This document shows, in pieces, positions 31,619 to 42,084 of a DNA stretch of 64,000 bases. A program made the translations under genes and the position numbers. Numbering within the stretch: the stretch's first letter is position 1; every line of letters starts with the position of its first letter. Below the pieces are notes generated by a model. It was not told the DNA's origin and did not search any database. It saw nothing but the letters and a program-made list of their open reading frames with translations. The DNA is from Candidatus Methylomirabilota bacterium (lineage in GTDB: Bacteria; Methylomirabilota; Methylomirabilia; Rokubacteriales; CSP1-6), in assembly GCA_046726415.1 (NCBI GenBank), contig JBKPAK010000156.1, positions 1 through 64,000 on the forward strand, in the 5' to 3' direction.

Positions 31619-33297
31619 CACACTCTCCTTCGATCGAACTCCGCCCGCTGGCCGCTGCCGTACACCTGCAGGGCGCCCTTCGGCCCCACGGCGTTCGCGC
31701 GCTGGAAGATCCAGTTCTGCCAGGCGGAGAGGCGTCCGAAGATCTTCGTTTCCAGGGTCTCGGGGCCGCCAAAGCGCAAGGACGCCTCCATGCCGGTGAG
31801 AGCGTCCGGCGAGAACGCGGCCCGTTCCTCGATGGCCAGCCGGACTTCGTCGTCCCAGTCGATGTCGTCGGGCGTGAAGGTCACCAACCCGGCTTCGCTG
31901 GCCGCCGCCGCATCGAGGTCTGCGCCAATGAGCCCGCGCAGCTTGTCGACGCGCTCCGGCTCGGCCAGGAAGCGGCTCGCCAGACGCGTGAGGCCATTGA
32001 TCATCGGATAGGCGCCGAAGTTCAGTTCGGTGAGCCGCACGGTGGCCGGTGAGCGCGAGTCGCCGGACCGCCCGCCATCGAGCATGTAGGAGCGGTCGGC
32101 GGCGAGGACCAGCTCGAGGAGGGTCCCCGCGAAGCATGAGCTGGGCTCCACGAGGGCGAAGACCGAGCGCGACGACACGTCGATCCGCTTGAATACCCGC
32201 CCCAGAAAGAGTCGGATCTCACGGACCAGCCAGTGTCGCGCGTAGTCGCCGAGGAAGCGGTCGTAGGCCTCCACCGCGTCGACTGTTCCCACCGTCCGCA
32301 CGATCCAGAGGCCGATCTCCTCTTCGTTCGTGCGCAGGTGCAAGATCAGGTCGTCGAGTTGCCGCGCGAGCGCCAATGGCCAGAAGGCGCAGCCGCCCTC
32401 GACCAGGCCGTCCGGCCCCGGCGGCGGAGGCACGGCCGGACCGCGCACCGTGATCTCGGCGACGCCGCGCTTGCGATCGACCTCGCAGGCGAGATGCTCG
32501 TAGGCGATGTGATCGCCGTCAATGGTCCGGGACAGCGGAGTCAGCGTCAGGCCGCGGGCCGCCGCCGGACGGTCGGTGCGGGCGGCCAACTCCCGCGCCC
32601 GCTGCCGCGCGACCTCTTCGAGCCGGGAGCGCGGGACGACCTCGTCGACGAGTCCCCACTCCACTGCGCGCTTGCCCTTGATCCCTTCCTCGACCGTGCA
32701 GAAGAAGTCTGCGCGGTCCCGGCGAACGTGGCGCTTGTCCACCAGCCTGGTGAGGCCGCCGGTACCCGGGAGCACCGCCAGGAGAGGGACCTCGGGCAGC
32801 GACACGGAGGTGTTGGCGTCGTCAGCCATGACGATGTGGTCCGTGGCCAAGGCCAGTTCATACCCCCCACCCGCGCACGGACCGTTGATCATGCTGAGGT
32901 AGACTTGCCTGGACTGCGCGGTGGCCTCCTCGATCGCGTTGCGGGTCTCGTTGGTGAACTTGCAGAAGTTCACCTTCCAGCCGTGCCCGGACTGACCCAG
33001 CATCCGGATGTTGGCGCCCGCGCAGAAGATCCGTTCCTTGCCGGAGGTCACGACCACCGCTCCCACCTCCGGGTGCTCGAAGCGCAGGCGTTGGATCGCG
33101 TCATACAGCTCGATGTCCACCCCGAGGTCATAGGAGTTCAGCTTCAACTCGTAGCCCGGTCGCAGGCCGCCGTCCTCGCGGACATCCATGGCCAGGGTGG
33201 CCACCGGCCCGTCGAAACTCAACCGCCAGTGGCGGTAGCGCGATGGTTCCGTGCGGAAGTCGACCGGTTCCCGTCTGGTCTCAGTGGTATCAGCCAT
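31618..33297 (-). CDS. boxC: 2,3-epoxybenzoyl-CoA dihydrolase
   Basis: YELKLNSYDLGVDIEL, NFCKFTNETRN and RLSAWQNWIFQR motifs. Confidence 0.95.
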
Positions 33298-33303
33298 CGT
33301 CCC

Positions 33304-33849
33304 TCACCCCAAAATGACCCACATCGCCTTGGCTGCCTTGTTCCCGACGTTCTCCCAACCGTGCGGGGTGCCGCCGTCCAGGAGGGCGCTGTCGCCCGTC
33401 TCCAGCAGATGGCGCTCCGAGTTGTACTGGAGGACCACCTTGCCGTCGATCACGTAGAAGAGCTTCATCTGACCCGGCTTGATCACGACCTTGTCAGTGA
33501 TGATTCCCCGCGACCGCGGCGCCAATGTGGAGACCACCGCCCGCACCTTGCCATCGAAGAGCCCTGCGCCCAGCACGGCCCAGGTCTCGGACGCCCCCTC
33601 GAACGAGACCTTCGGGTAGTCGGCCTTGCGGGTCACCGTGATCCGGCCGGCTGGCGTGTTGTCGAAGAGCGACGCGATGGGCACGCCGAGGGCGCCCGCG
33701 ATCTTGCCCAGCGTGTGCAGCGAAGGGGTCAGCCGACCCGACTCGATCTGCGACACCATGCTCGGGGTCAGATCCGCCTTCTCGGCCAGCTGGCGCTGCT
33801 GCAGCTGCTGCTCCGCCCGGAGGATCTTGATCCGCTCGCCGAGCGTCAT
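33304..33849 (-). CDS. XRE HTH-cupin transcriptional regulator
   Basis: LAEKADLTPSMVSQIESG HTH, C-terminal cupin. Confidence 0.9.
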   Translation of the reverse strand: MTLGERIKILRAEQQLQQRQLAEKADLTPSMVSQIESGRLTPSLHTLGKIAGALGVPIASLFDNTPAGRITVTRKADYPKVSFEGASETWAVLGAGLFDGKVRAVVSTLAPRSRGIITDKVVIKPGQMKLFYVIDGKVVLQYNSERHLLETGDSALLDGGTPHGWENVGNKAAKAMWVILG

Positions 33850-33862
33850 CGGATTCTCTCGC

Positions 33863-34879
33863 TCACGGGAGCTCTTCCTCGTCCCGCGGCGATTCCGCGA
33901 AACCGGCGATCCGTCGCAGCCCGCGGGCCACGAACACGCGGGCGATCCTCTTTCGGTACGGGTGCGTGAAGTCCGTGTTGTCGAGCGGCTTGGCCGGGCC
34001 GGCGGCCATCGCCGCGACCCGCTCGATCAGCTCCGACGAGAGCCGCTCGCCGCGCAGCAGGGCCTGCGCCGCCGTCGCCTCGCGGGGCAGCGAGGCCACC
34101 GCACCCAAGACGATGCGCGCGTCGTGAATCACCGCGTCGTTCACGCGCGCCGCCACCGCCACCCCCAGGACCGGAAAGTCGAATGAACCGCGGCGGCGCA
34201 ACTTGAGGTAGACGGACCTCCAGCCATCGGCCGGCGGCAACAGGATCTCCGTCGCGATCTCGTCGGCTCGCTTGGTCAGATAGGCAATGCCATCGTCGCG
34301 GTAGAGGGCCTCCAGGGGGACCGTGCGTTCGCCGGCGGGGCCCACCAGACGAAGGCGCGCGCCAAGACTCCAGAAGACGGGCGCGGTATCCGAGGACGAC
34401 ACGGCCCAGCAGCGCGGACTTCCCGGGGCCACCAGGCAGATGTCGCCGTCCTTCTTCATGCAGAAGCCGATGGCTTTCCGCCACTGGTACGTCTGGTTGT
34501 AGTAGTTGCAGCGCGTATCGACGCAAACATTGCCACCGATAGTTCCCATGTTGCGCAACTGAGGCGACGACACCAGTCCGGCGGCGGTGGCCACGGCGGG
34601 ATAGTGACGCACGACCTCCGGGTGGGAGGCCACGGCCGCGAGCGTCGTGCCCGCTCCGATGACGAGACCGTCGCGGGCGGATCCCCGGACGCCCGAGAGC
34701 GCGCGAATCGAGCGCAGGCCTACCAGCGTCTTCGGCTCGAACTGGCGCCGCTTCATGTTCGGATAGAGGTCGGTCCCCCCGGCCACGAGCATCGTCTCCG
34801 GTCCCGCGTCCCCCAACAGGCGCACCGCCTCGACGAGGTTTCCCGGAGCCACGTACCGGAACGGCGGAAGCCGCAACAT
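33863..34879 (-). CDS. hcrB: FAD subunit with [4Fe-4S] insertion, 4-hydroxybenzoyl-CoA reductase beta-like
   Basis: AGGTDL and RNMGTIGGN motifs, plus the Cys insertion TRCNYYNQ..CMKKDGDIC..RCWA typical of HcrB-type subunits. Confidence 0.75.
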   Translation of the reverse strand: MLRLPPFRYVAPGNLVEAVRLLGDAGPETMLVAGGTDLYPNMKRRQFEPKTLVGLRSIRALSGVRGSARDGLVIGAGTTLAAVASHPEVVRHYPAVATAAGLVSSPQLRNMGTIGGNVCVDTRCNYYNQTYQWRKAIGFCMKKDGDICLVAPGSPRCWAVSSSDTAPVFWSLGARLRLVGPAGERTVPLEALYRDDGIAYLTKRADEIATEILLPPADGWRSVYLKLRRRGSFDFPVLGVAVAARVNDAVIHDARIVLGAVASLPREATAAQALLRGERLSSELIERVAAMAAGPAKPLDNTDFTHPYRKRIARVFVARGLRRIAGFAESPRDEEELP

Positions 34880-34881
34880 GC

Positions 34882-37323
34882 TCAGGACCCGCTGGAGGCA
34901 AAAGGCCGTAGGGCCACCGCCTCGGCCGGCTGACCGAAGGCCGATTCGACCACCAGTGGCTCCTTGAACGTGAAGACGGGGATGCGCTCAGGTCCGATGC
35001 GCGCCACCTTACCCTGGCGCCGGAGGTCGAGGCCCTTCATGATCATGTCCGGGGTGATCGGCACCTCGTCTAAGCGCACGCCCACGGCATGGTAGATCGC
35101 GTTGGCGATGGCCGGGATGACGGGCAGGAGTGGCCCCTGTCCCGCCTCCTTGGCCCCGAACGGCCCCTCGGGATCGTCGGTCTCCACCAGGAACGTATGG
35201 ATGTTCGGGGTCTCCAAGGTGGTCGGGCTCTTGTAGTCGAGCATCGACGGCTGCTTGTGGAGTCCCTTGCGGAAGACCTGGCCTTCCATCAGGGCCTCCC
35301 CGATGCCCATGTAGATCGAGCCCTCCACCTGTCCCTCGACGAGCAGCGGATTGAGGGCGCGCCCGATGTCGTGGGCAATCCACACGTCGCGGAGTTCGAT
35401 CTCGGCGGTGTCCTCGTCGACGGAGAGATCGACGACGCAGGCCGAGTACGAATAGCACGGCGACGGCCCCACCCCGCCCCCCTTGTACTTGCCGGCGCGC
35501 TTCGGTGGCGCATAGGAGCCCGGGAAGGCGAGCACGCCGTGCATGGCCTCCGCCAGCACCACCGCGTCGGCGAACGGCACCGCCTTGTCCCAGTCGTCGG
35601 GGACGCCTACTTTGCGGTCTCGCGCGACAAGGGCCCTCGACTCGACCTCGAGCTTCTGGGCCACGGCCGCGAAGATGGCGTCGCGCAGCCGCGTGGCCGC
35701 CTGGATGGCGGCCATCCCGCACATCAGGGTCACCCGAGATGAGTACGACCCGAGGTCGACGGGGGTGAGGTCGGTGTCGGCGGGATGCACGCGGATGTCC
35801 TTGGGATCGATGCCCAGGATCTCGGCCGGCAGATAGGCCAGGATCGAGTCCGAGCCCTGCCCGATGTCGGTGGCGCCACAGAGGATGGCCACGCCGCCGC
35901 CCCGATCGGCGCGGAGGATCACCCCCGAGTGCGGCATGCTGTTCCAGTAGATGGCCGTGCCGGCGCCGGTCATGTATGACGAGCACGCCATCCCGACGCC
36001 ACGCCGCTTCCGGCCGAGAGCCGGCCGCGCATGACCAAAGCGCTGGCGCTTCTCGCGCCAGCCGGACGCTTCGACGACCTTGTCGATGCATTCGCCGAGA
36101 CCGATGGTCGTCACCGTCAAATGGTTGGCCGTCTTGGTGAAGGGCTCGTGCACGATGCGCCGCCGCATCTCGGCGGGATCGAGACCGAGCTGCTCGGCGG
36201 CCTTGTCGATCTGGCACTCCAGGGCGAAGCGCGGCTGGGGTGTGCCATGGCCTCGCTTGGGACCGCACGGCGGCTTGTTGGTGAAGATGCGGGCGCCCTC
36301 GAACTTGTAGACCGGCATCTTGTAGGTGACGGGATTGATCACGCCGGTGTAGAACGTCGAGGCGACCCCATAGGAGCCGTAGGCCCCGCCGTCAAGCCAC
36401 GTCTTGATGTGACACCCCGTGATGTCGCCCTGACCGGTGAAGCCGGTCTTGAGCCACATCAGCACGGGATGCCGCCCGCGGTGGACGTAGAAGACCTCCT
36501 CCCGGGTCAGCGCGATCTTCACGGGCCGCCCGGTGATCTGCGAGAGCCTGCAGGCGGCGATCTCATGCGCGAACGGGTCAAGCTTGCCGCCGAAGCCGCC
36601 GCCCACCGGCGCCGCGATCACGCGGATGTGCGCGGCCGGCAGGTCGAGGATTTTGGCCAGCAACCGGTGGACGTAGTGCGGCGTCTGCGTGGAGGACCAG
36701 AGCGTGAGCTTGCCGTCCGGGCCAAACTGCGCCACCGCCGCGTGCTGCTCCATGGGCAGGTGCGTGTTGCCCTCGAAGAAAAAGACGTCTTCCCGGACCA
36801 GAGCCGAGGCGGCGAAGGCCGCATCCACGTCTCCGAACTGGAGGGCCACGTTCTTGTGGATGTTCGGACCGTCACCGTACTCGTGGATCCGCACCTCGGG
36901 ATGAGCCAGCGATTCCTCAATGGACATGAGCGGGCGCAGGGGTTCGTATTCGACCTCGATCAGCTCGGTGGCGCGTTCCGCCGTCTCCTCGTCCACCGCG
37001 GCCACCGCCGCCACCGCGTCACCCACCATCCGGACCTTATCTCGGCACAGGGCCTCCTCGTCCTGGGACACGGGGAGGATGCCGAATTTCACTGGCGGTA
37101 AATCGGCGCCGGTGATGACCGCATACACTCCCGCCAGCTCTCTGGCCCGCGATGTTGCGATGCGCGCGATGCGGGCGTGTGGATGCGGGCTGCGAAGGAG
37201 TTTGGCGAAGGCCAGGCGCGGCAGGACGAGGTCGTCGGCATACCTCGTGTCGCCGGTGACCTTGGCCCACGCGTCGATCTTGGGAAGCGGCTGCCCGATG
37301 ACCGAGAACTTGGCGTCGCTCAC
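34882..37323 (-). CDS. hcrA: Molybdopterin subunit, xanthine dehydrogenase family (HcrA-like)
   Basis: GGGFGGK, RGHGTPQ, DIGQGS, GSYSSRVT and GPFGAKEAGQG motifs. Confidence 0.75.
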   Translation of the reverse strand: MSDAKFSVIGQPLPKIDAWAKVTGDTRYADDLVLPRLAFAKLLRSPHPHARIARIATSRARELAGVYAVITGADLPPVKFGILPVSQDEEALCRDKVRMVGDAVAAVAAVDEETAERATELIEVEYEPLRPLMSIEESLAHPEVRIHEYGDGPNIHKNVALQFGDVDAAFAASALVREDVFFFEGNTHLPMEQHAAVAQFGPDGKLTLWSSTQTPHYVHRLLAKILDLPAAHIRVIAAPVGGGFGGKLDPFAHEIAACRLSQITGRPVKIALTREEVFYVHRGRHPVLMWLKTGFTGQGDITGCHIKTWLDGGAYGSYGVASTFYTGVINPVTYKMPVYKFEGARIFTNKPPCGPKRGHGTPQPRFALECQIDKAAEQLGLDPAEMRRRIVHEPFTKTANHLTVTTIGLGECIDKVVEASGWREKRQRFGHARPALGRKRRGVGMACSSYMTGAGTAIYWNSMPHSGVILRADRGGGVAILCGATDIGQGSDSILAYLPAEILGIDPKDIRVHPADTDLTPVDLGSYSSRVTLMCGMAAIQAATRLRDAIFAAVAQKLEVESRALVARDRKVGVPDDWDKAVPFADAVVLAEAMHGVLAFPGSYAPPKRAGKYKGGGVGPSPCYSYSACVVDLSVDEDTAEIELRDVWIAHDIGRALNPLLVEGQVEGSIYMGIGEALMEGQVFRKGLHKQPSMLDYKSPTTLETPNIHTFLVETDDPEGPFGAKEAGQGPLLPVIPAIANAIYHAVGVRLDEVPITPDMIMKGLDLRRQGKVARIGPERIPVFTFKEPLVVESAFGQPAEAVALRPFASSGS

Positions 37324-37829
37324 GTCGACCTCCCTGGCGTGACCACCGCGCGCGTGGAGTCGGCGGACATCCGCAGCGCCGCCAGCTCGACGGCCTCCAG
37401 GATCTTCGTGTAGCCGGTGCAGCGACAGAGGTTCCCGGCCAACGCCTGCCGGATCTCGTCGCGTCCCGGGGCGGGATTGTCAGTCAGGAGCGCTTCGGCG
37501 GTCAGCAGAATTCCCGGCGTGCAGTAGCCACACTGGGCCGCCCCCAGTTCCGCGAACGCCTGCTGGAGCGGGTGCAGCTCGGAGCCCTCGGCCATGCCCT
37601 CGACGGTCTTGATGGCCCGTCCGTCCAGGTCCGCGGGCAGCGCGAGGCACGACAGCACGGGCGCGCCATCGACCAGCACCGTGCACGTCCCGCACTCGCC
37701 GAGTTCGCAGCCATGCTTGGTGCCAGTGAGTCGGAGGTCCTCGCGCAAGACCTCGAGCAGGGTCTTGTGAACGGGGACGAGCACATCCTGTCTCTCCCCG
37801 TTGACGGTCAAGCTGAGGCGCGCCTTCAT
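37320..37829 (-). CDS. hcrC: 2x[2Fe-2S] subunit (HcrC-like)
   Basis: GTKHGCELGECGTC, QCGYCTPG and NLCRCTGY motifs. Confidence 0.78.
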   Translation of the reverse strand: MKARLSLTVNGERQDVLVPVHKTLLEVLREDLRLTGTKHGCELGECGTCTVLVDGAPVLSCLALPADLDGRAIKTVEGMAEGSELHPLQQAFAELGAAQCGYCTPGILLTAEALLTDNPAPGRDEIRQALAGNLCRCTGYTKILEAVELAALRMSADSTRAVVTPGRST

Positions 37830-38070
37830 CGGCTGGACCTCATCCTCGCATTAATTGTAGCTGAAGCCAGATTCAAGGATGCTGAACCAACACCCCCCTT
37901 GTCAAGTAGAGAGAGCCCCGCGCGTCAGGCCGCGTCAACCGCCCTGCGCGGGCGAGGACAGAGCCGAGAGACCGAGACGGAAGCGCCTGGCGAGGAGCAC
38001 CGAGGTTGATATGCTGTCGGCCCTGGGAAAGGGCGAGGCCGGAGCGCCACGAACGGCGGGAGGACCGGGC

Positions 38071-38883
38071 ATGCACATCGATTTGCGCGGCAAGATCGCG
38101 ATCGTGACCGGTGCGGGGCGCGGGATCGGCCGCGAGATCGCCGGAACGCTGGCCGGCGAGGGTGTCGCCACCATGGTGACCGACGTGCGTCAGGAATATA
38201 TCGACGCCGTGGGAGGGGAGTTCGCCGCCCACGGCTGGGTCGGGCGCCAATATCTCTGTGACGTCCGCAACGCGGCACGGATCGCCGAGGTCGTTGGCGA
38301 CGTGGTCCGCGCCTTCGGCCGGATCGACATTCTCGTCAACAACGCCGGGGTCGCGCTGGGAGCCTCGGTGGAAGACCTGACCGAAGAGGCCTGGGATCTC
38401 AACCACGACATCAACCTCAAGGGAACATTCCTGATGTGCCGTGCCGTCATTCCGTTCATGAAGCGCCAGCGCTGGGGCCGCATCCTCAACGCCGCCTCCT
38501 TCGCCGCCATCGTCCCCATCGTGGGGAGCGCGGCCTATGCGGCCTCCAAGGCCGGCGTCCACTACTTCACGCGGGCCCTCGCCGGTGAGCTGGGCCCCTG
38601 GAACGTGACGGTCAACTGCTACGCTCCCGGGATGATCCCGACGGAGATGAACCGGTTTTCCGAAGCGCCCGTCGAGCGCCAGCAACGACTCCTCGATACC
38701 CTGACCCTGCGTCGGTGGGGCGAGCCACGCGACGTGGCGAATCTGGTGGTCTTCCTGGCCTCCGATCGGGCCGACTACATCACCGGCACCATGGTCGAGG
38801 TGAGCGGAGGCAAGCTGGCCACCCAGATTCCGCGGCTGGCCTGGGAGGCGGCCGCCGCGGCGGGAGACGTCGATCTCGACTGA
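38071..38883 (+). CDS. SDR-family oxidoreductase
   Basis: TGAGRGIG, NNAG and YAASK motifs. Confidence 0.93.
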   Translation: MHIDLRGKIAIVTGAGRGIGREIAGTLAGEGVATMVTDVRQEYIDAVGGEFAAHGWVGRQYLCDVRNAARIAEVVGDVVRAFGRIDILVNNAGVALGASVEDLTEEAWDLNHDINLKGTFLMCRAVIPFMKRQRWGRILNAASFAAIVPIVGSAAYAASKAGVHYFTRALAGELGPWNVTVNCYAPGMIPTEMNRFSEAPVERQQRLLDTLTLRRWGEPRDVANLVVFLASDRADYITGTMVEVSGGKLATQIPRLAWEAAAAAGDVDLD

Positions 38884-39509
38884 TGTTCCAGATCGCCCTC
38901 ACCGCCTTCGCCACGTTCTTTGTGACGGTCATGCCCCTCAAGGCTGCGCCCTTCTTCGCGGCGCTGACCGACGGCTGGCCCCACGCTGAGCGGCGCCGCG
39001 CGGCGGTGAAGACGATCGCCATCGCCACCGCGGTGCTCCTGATCTTTGGCATCGGGGGTGACGACGTCCTGCGGGTCTTCGGCATCAGCCTGGCCGCGCT
39101 TCGGGTGGGCGGGGGCATCCTGCTCCTGCTGGCCTCCATCGCCATCGTGTCGGGACCGGCGGCACACACTCTCGCGGACCACCAGACATCGGGCGCGGAC
39201 GGGGAGAGGGCGGACATCGCGGTCTTCCCCATGGCCATGCCGGTGATCGCGGGTCCGGCGACGATCACCGCCGTGCTTGTGCTGGTCAGTCAACACCACG
39301 ACAGCGTGTTCGCACAGGCCGTGGTGCTCATCATGCTGCTGCTCGTGCTCGCGCTGACGCTCGGTCTGCTCCTCCTGGCCGACGGGCTCGAACGCATGCT
39401 CGGCAGCGCGATCCTCGGCATTGTGAGCCGCATCTTCGGGATCGTCCTGGCCGCCCTGGCCGCCGAGATGATCCTGCACGGCATCCTCCAGAGCGGAGCC
39501 TTCCGCTGA
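38883..39509 (+). CDS. MarC-family membrane protein
   Basis: FGISLAALRVGGGILL and VFPMAMPVIAGPATIT motifs. Confidence 0.9.
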   Translation: MFQIALTAFATFFVTVMPLKAAPFFAALTDGWPHAERRRAAVKTIAIATAVLLIFGIGGDDVLRVFGISLAALRVGGGILLLLASIAIVSGPAAHTLADHQTSGADGERADIAVFPMAMPVIAGPATITAVLVLVSQHHDSVFAQAVVLIMLLLVLALTLGLLLLADGLERMLGSAILGIVSRIFGIVLAALAAEMILHGILQSGAFR

Positions 39510-39743
39510 GCGCGCGCTTCCCCGGGCTCCCTCGAAGACCCACGTCGCAAGATCGAAGATCGCGACGACTGCGCCGGGGGGCACCCGAGCACGGGTGAGC
39601 CTCGACGGCGCCCTGGGCCTCTATGAGAGCGCCCAGGACTCCCGGAGCGCCCGGCGGCCCAGCGGCGTCGAGGGCCGCGATGGCCTGCCACAGTACCCCG
39701 AGTGTCGGGGGCCGCAGGGCCCCGGTGGGCCCGTGTCCTCGGT

Positions 39744-40673
39744 TTACGCGAACGCCTTCCGGAGCGCGCCGGCGATTTCGTCGAGGGCCCCGCGCGCCTT
39801 GTCGAGCAGGCGGGTCATCCGCAGGAAACCATGGAACATGCCGGCGTAGCGCGTCACGGTCACCGGCACGCCCGCGTCGCGCAAGCGAGCCGCGTACGCC
39901 TCTCCCTCGTCGCGCAAAGGATCGCACTCCGCAGTAATGACGAGCGCCGGTGGGAGCCCGGTCAGGCTCGTCGCGCGCAGCGGAGAGGCGTAGGGCTGGG
40001 CGCCGTCTTCCGGCCGGGTCAGATAGTGGCCCCAGAACCACGCCATGCCCGCACGAGTCAGGATGGGGCCGGCCTCGTATTCGCGGTACGACGCCGTATC
40101 CCAGCGATGGTCGGTGACGGGATAGACGAGGATCTGCAGGCCCGGGAGCGCCGCTCCACGATCGCGCGCCATAAGGGAGACAACCGCCGCCAGGTTGCCG
40201 CCGGCGCTGTCGCCGACCACCGCCAGACGGCGCGCATCGATCCCCAGGCGAGCGGCGTGGGCCAGCACCCACTGCCACGCCGCGAAGGCGTCCTCCGAGG
40301 CCACGGGGTACTTGGATTCCGGGGCCAGCCGGTAGTCCACGCTAACCACCGCGCACCGGGCCGCATTGGTGAGCGAGCGGCACACGCCGTCATGCGTCTC
40401 GAGGTCGCCGATGACCCAGCCGCCGCCGTGATAGAAGACGACGCCCGGATGGAGACCCGGACCATCCGGTGAGTAGAGCCGCACCGTGATCTCACCGCCG
40501 GACACCGGCACGCGGTGATCCGTCACCGCCGCGACGTCATCGAAAGGCCCGAGCACAGCGGTACGCGCGCGCATGACGTCCCGCGCCTCGGCCGGCGTCG
40601 ATTCCTCCACGGGTTTGAGATTGAGGGCCGCCATCGCATCGACGATCTTCTGAGCCTGCGGATCGAGCGGCAT
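39744..40673 (-). CDS. Alpha/beta hydrolase (HSL/Aes esterase family)
   Basis: HGGG, GDSAG, DPLRDEG and HGF motifs. Confidence 0.93.
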   Translation of the reverse strand: MPLDPQAQKIVDAMAALNLKPVEESTPAEARDVMRARTAVLGPFDDVAAVTDHRVPVSGGEITVRLYSPDGPGLHPGVVFYHGGGWVIGDLETHDGVCRSLTNAARCAVVSVDYRLAPESKYPVASEDAFAAWQWVLAHAARLGIDARRLAVVGDSAGGNLAAVVSLMARDRGAALPGLQILVYPVTDHRWDTASYREYEAGPILTRAGMAWFWGHYLTRPEDGAQPYASPLRATSLTGLPPALVITAECDPLRDEGEAYAARLRDAGVPVTVTRYAGMFHGFLRMTRLLDKARGALDEIAGALRKAFA

Positions 40674-40863
40674 CGTGGCCTCCTTCGTCGGCGCCCCGCG
40701 CTTCGTCTGATGGTCCGGCGCCAGCGAGCGGATGATAGGTTGCCGGCGGCAAACCGGTCAAGGCACCGGACGCGGCGGGTTTGTGGTGCGCGATCCGGCG
40801 GGGCGATCTAGGGTCGAGGAGGGTCGTGGGCCAGTGTGGTGAGACTGACCCACGACCGGATGC

Positions 40864-41094
40864 TCAGCGCTTCTTGCGCTTCGAAATGCTGGCGGGCCAC
40901 GCCGCGCGAGGCCCCTCGTCCGTCTGGAAAAGCGTGGTGCCCTTGGACACCTTGGGGTGCGCTCTCTTCTCGCGCCGGCGCACCTGCGGCGAACTCTTCG
41001 TCGCGGCGGGGGGCGCGCCGGCCTTCGGCGAACGCGCCTTCCTGGCGCGCGACGTCGCAGGCGACTTCATGGCCCTCTTCCTCGAGCTTCGCAT
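40864..41094 (-). CDS. Small very basic hypothetical protein
   Basis: GAGGAG RBS. Sequence MRSSRKRAMKSPATSRARK...KRKKR. Lies downstream of the DksA-like gene. Confidence 0.4.
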   Translation of the reverse strand: MRSSRKRAMKSPATSRARKARSPKAGAPPAATKSSPQVRRREKRAHPKVSKGTTLFQTDEGPRAAWPASISKRKKR

Positions 41095-41110
41095 GACGAC
41101 ACCACTCCTC

Positions 41111-41479
41111 TCATGCCGTCTGTGGACGGCGGCGCTCTTCGATGGCCTGACACTCGACACAGTAGCGCGCGGTGGGCATGGCGCGCAGGCGGGCGAGCGG
41201 GATCGGACGCGCGCAGGCCTCGCATATGCCATAGATGCCGACGTCCAGTCGGACGAGGGCGGCCGTAACTTCGTCGAGCTGGTGCCGTTCGCGGCCCTCC
41301 AGGCGCGACAGGGTGTCGGCCACGTCCTGCACGGGCACATCCTCGAGCGGATCGCCCGGCTGGTCTTCCAGTGATGCCAGCTCCTCGCCAGTGATCGCGA
41401 CCGTGCGCGCGAGCTGCGCCTGTGCCTGCAGAAGGCGCTTTCTGAACTCCTCGACCAGCGCGGGACCGGCCTCGCTCAC
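41111..41479 (-). CDS. TraR/DksA C4 zinc-finger protein
   Basis: YGICEAC..IPLARLRAMP..YCVECQ. Confidence 0.88.
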   Translation of the reverse strand: MSEAGPALVEEFRKRLLQAQAQLARTVAITGEELASLEDQPGDPLEDVPVQDVADTLSRLEGRERHQLDEVTAALVRLDVGIYGICEACARPIPLARLRAMPTARYCVECQAIEERRRPQTA

Positions 41480-41928
41480 GGCGGACCTTCCCCGCCGGGC
41501 GGGCGCACCGTCATGACCGGACAGGGCGCCACGCGAACGATGCGGTCGGCGACGCTGCCGAGGAATAAGCGACTGAGCCCACCCCGGCCGTGGGTACCGA
41601 TCACGATCATCTCCACATCCGGGTCCTCGGCGGCTCGGAGGATCTGGTCGACGGCCACCCCGGAGCGAATGTCGGCATGGGCCGATACGCCCTTCGCGCG
41701 GATCTCGGCGGCGCGGGCGGCCAGGGTTGTCTCCGCCCAGACCCGCTGCGCCTCGTATACCTGGCGCGGCTCGACCAGGCCGCGCATCCCCTCGTTGTAG
41801 AGGGGAGCTTCCACCGATACGTGAAGGAGCAGGATCTCGCTTCCGAGTCGGCGCGCGAGCTCGATCGCCGCGTCTTCGGCCCGCTTCGCAGGCTCGGAGA
41901 AGTCCGTGGGCACGAGGATCTTCGCCAT
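41476..41928 (-). CDS. Universal stress protein
   Basis: ILVPTDFS and GTHGRGG..FLGSVADRIVR.APCPV motifs. Confidence 0.93.
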   Translation of the reverse strand: MAKILVPTDFSEPAKRAEDAAIELARRLGSEILLLHVSVEAPLYNEGMRGLVEPRQVYEAQRVWAETTLAARAAEIRAKGVSAHADIRSGVAVDQILRAAEDPDVEMIVIGTHGRGGLSRLFLGSVADRIVRVAPCPVMTVRPPGGEGPP

Positions 41929-42084
41929 TCGTCGTCCCTTCGCAGGCGGTCGGCCGGGACACCCATGCCGCCAGTCCATCCGCCGCACGTATAGTACGGC
42001 ACGTGGTGAGGTCGTGCAGCGGCGCGGCAAGTGCCGTTGAACCGCGGCCCCAGGCCGGGTAGGCTCATCTCGGGATTCCGAGCG

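Noticed and set aside
39595-39720. Structured ncRNA between marC and the esterase
   Set aside because: Nested GC-rich hairpins are present, but there is no recognisable family motif. This is expected by chance or as a terminator/REP between convergent genes.
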